DNA from: Candidatus Latescibacterota bacterium
Lineage (GTDB): Bacteria; Latescibacterota; UBA2968; GCA-2709665
Length of the DNA stretch: 64,000 nt
Assembly (NCBI GenBank): GCA_965219455.1
Contig: OZ244744.1
Coordinates: forward strand, 2,560,001 to 2,624,000
Direction: 5' to 3'
The notes under the pieces are model-generated. The model worked only from the letters and a program-made list of their open reading frames with translations, was not told where the DNA came from and ran no database searches. Every line of letters begins with the position of its first letter. Positions within the stretch are counted from its first letter, which is position 1. The position numbers were made by a program, and so were the translations under genes. Positions 62,149-64,000 of this stretch are shown here, in pieces.

Positions 62149-64000
62149 TTACTCATACCGCAGCGCGTCCACGGGATTTGCCCGGGCCGCCCGGTTGACT
62201 TGAAGGCCCACCGCGAGGAGCACCATGAGGAGCATGAGCAGGCCTCCCAGCAGAAACGTCCCCACCCCGGGATCCACGCGGTACGCGAAATCCTGCAGCC
62301 AGCGCTCCGCCGCGACGTACGTGGCAGGCCATGCGATCACAGCGGCGATGCCGACGAGGACCACATATTCCCGGGCCAGCAGGGAGACGATTCGTGACGT
62401 TGGCGCGCCCACGACTTTCCGGATCCCGATTTCCTTCGTGCGCCGGGCGACGGTGAGTGACGTCAGCCCGAAAGCGCCCACGCAGGCGATGAATACGGCG
62501 AAGAACGTTGCGTAACCCGCGATTCTGAACCATCGTCGTTCCTCACGGTATTGACGGTCTATTTCCTCATCCAGGAAATTATGGTCAAACGGAACATCCG
62601 GAACGATTTCACCCCACTTCTCTCTCAAGAAATCAAGTGTGTCGTGGACATTGTCCGGGCGAATCCGAATCATGAGCAGGAATCTGAAGTCCGGCAGGGG
62701 CCGGGCGGACGACGAGGTCGCCTGCAATTGCAACACCGCGGGGCCGATGGCGTGGTGAAGGGACCGGAAATGAAAATCCCGGACGACACCGATAACCGTC
62801 TGTTCCATCCTGCCAAGTCGAATCGTCTCGCCGATAGGCGCTTCCCATCCCAGTTTCCTGGCGAGAGATTCGTTTACAATGACCGATGTCTCCGCGTCGC
62901 TATCTAGCTCGAAATTTCGACCCTCCATTAGCCCGATACTCATGGTTTCGAGGAAACGCGTATCACAGAAAATGCTCTCAACACCTTCCAGTGTCGTCCC
63001 CTTCCAACTGACGTGAGAGCTACTTCGCATTAAACTGCTGAATCCGTGTGCTGTTCTCGTCGTATTCAAGACGGAATGGTATGGCCGGATGGCCGTCTCG
63101 AACGCTTTGGCCAGGTCCATTCTCTGGGATATCCCGAATAGCCGAACGACGACGACATGGCTGGGCTCGAAACCAAGCGGTTTTGATTTCAGCATGTTCA
63201 TCTGTATGGACGCTATGGTCATGCATGTCACCAATGACGTGGAGATGGTCATTTGGAATGCCACGAGCGCACGGCTGAAAAAGCCCATTCGATCCACCTT
63301 GTACCGCCCTTTTAACGCATCGACGGGAAGGAATCCGGACATGAATATTGCCGGGTAACCACCGGCGACGATGCCCACAATCAGAGCCAGGACAAGTAGA
63401 AACACGAGAGAGGTCGAATCCGCCAGATCGGACAGTGCGAATTTCCGGCTGATCAGGCTGTTGAATCCCGGTAGGAACAGTTCGGCCAGCGCCAGCCCGA
63501 GCGCAAGTGCGATCAGTGTCAGCAGGACCGATTCCGCCAGAAGCTGCCTCGCCAACTGCGTTCGCAGACCCCCGGCCACCTTGCGCATTCCGACTTCTCG
63601 GGCACGGGAGAACGACCGGCCAACCGAGAGGTTCGTATAATTGACCGCGGCCACGACCAGCACGAGCATCGCAATGCCCGCCAGGATATACGAATGGGCT
63701 GGATTCCCTGGACGACCTATAGCGCGGCCGAAGCCGACGCCGGTGCCGACGACGTTGGAATTAAAGTAAATGTCTCTAAACGCCAGCAGTTTCAGCTTCT
63801 CCGGCTGTCGGCTTCTCGGCCACGATATCGAAAGGCCGTCAAGCCGGCGCTCCATTTCCATGGGACTCAGATATTCCGGCAGCAAAACATAAGTGTTCAA
63901 GGTGTTCGATTCCCGTTTCTGAACCGCAGGGTTTAACGCGGAGAGAAAGTCAAAGCGAAGGGTGGAATTTTTGGGAATGTCCCTTATCACACCGGTTACC
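62149..64000 (-). CDS. ABC transporter permease, duplicated MacB_PCD/FtsX type (5' end outside the window)
   Basis: VNYTNLSVGRSFSRAREVGMRK, RTKEIGIRKVVGA, ANPVDALRYE; closest to 47551-49914. Confidence 0.93.
   Translation of the reverse strand, partial: VTGVIRDIPKNSTLRFDFLSALNPAVQKRESNTLNTYVLLPEYLSPMEMERRLDGLSISWPRSRQPEKLKLLAFRDIYFNSNVVGTGVGFGRAIGRPGNPAHSYILAGIAMLVLVVAAVNYTNLSVGRSFSRAREVGMRKVAGGLRTQLARQLLAESVLLTLIALALGLALAELFLPGFNSLISRKFALSDLADSTSLVFLLVLALIVGIVAGGYPAIFMSGFLPVDALKGRYKVDRMGFFSRALVAFQMTISTSLVTCMTIASIQMNMLKSKPLGFEPSHVVVVRLFGISQRMDLAKAFETAIRPYHSVLNTTRTAHGFSSLMRSSSHVSWKGTTLEGVESIFCDTRFLETMSIGLMEGRNFELDSDAETSVIVNESLARKLGWEAPIGETIRLGRMEQTVIGVVRDFHFRSLHHAIGPAVLQLQATSSSARPLPDFRFLLMIRIRPDNVHDTLDFLREKWGEIVPDVPFDHNFLDEEIDRQYREERRWFRIAGYATFFAVFIACVGAFGLTSLTVARRTKEIGIRKVVGAPTSRIVSLLAREYVVLVGIAAVIAWPATYVAAERWLQDFAYRVDPGVGTFLLGGLLMLLMVLLAVGLQVNRAARANPVDALRYE

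Noticed and set aside
1-64000. tRNA, rRNA or known riboswitches
   Set aside because: None recognised by eye; an Infernal/Rfam scan would be needed to exclude them.

Overview
Bacterial window with three parts. (1) 1-13.2 kb: a small defence island (partial KAP NTPase, McrC, McrB), an SDR/QueA-like/GAF histidine kinase/NarL cluster, and a secreted LRR gene split by an IS1380 element. (2) 13.4-29.3 kb: GC-rich catabolic genes (heparinase II/III-like with an in-frame TGA, kelch-like, three Gfo/Idh/MocA, Zn-ADH, enolase superfamily, class IV aminotransferase, tandem PhyH). (3) 29.3-64 kb: an expanded MacAB/FtsX-type exporter locus with nine permease paralogues (two broken, one partial), one ATPase, one adaptor, an ECF sigma, three sigma54 promoters with palindromic enhancer sites, VapBC, an MFS and many palindromic intergenic repeats. 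The most unusual feature is a 2.7 kb array of ~390 bp units at 32981-35702, between the adaptor and ATPase genes. Near-identical hairpin blocks alternate with hypervariable, structure-conserved segments that are internally deleted relatives of one intact four-helix-bundle (23S rRNA IVP/Avd-like) gene inside the array. Gene content resembles Latescibacterota/Gemmatimonadota-type host-associated bacteria (inference only). No rRNA, tRNA or CRISPR array was seen. All calls are from manual reading, with no database searches.
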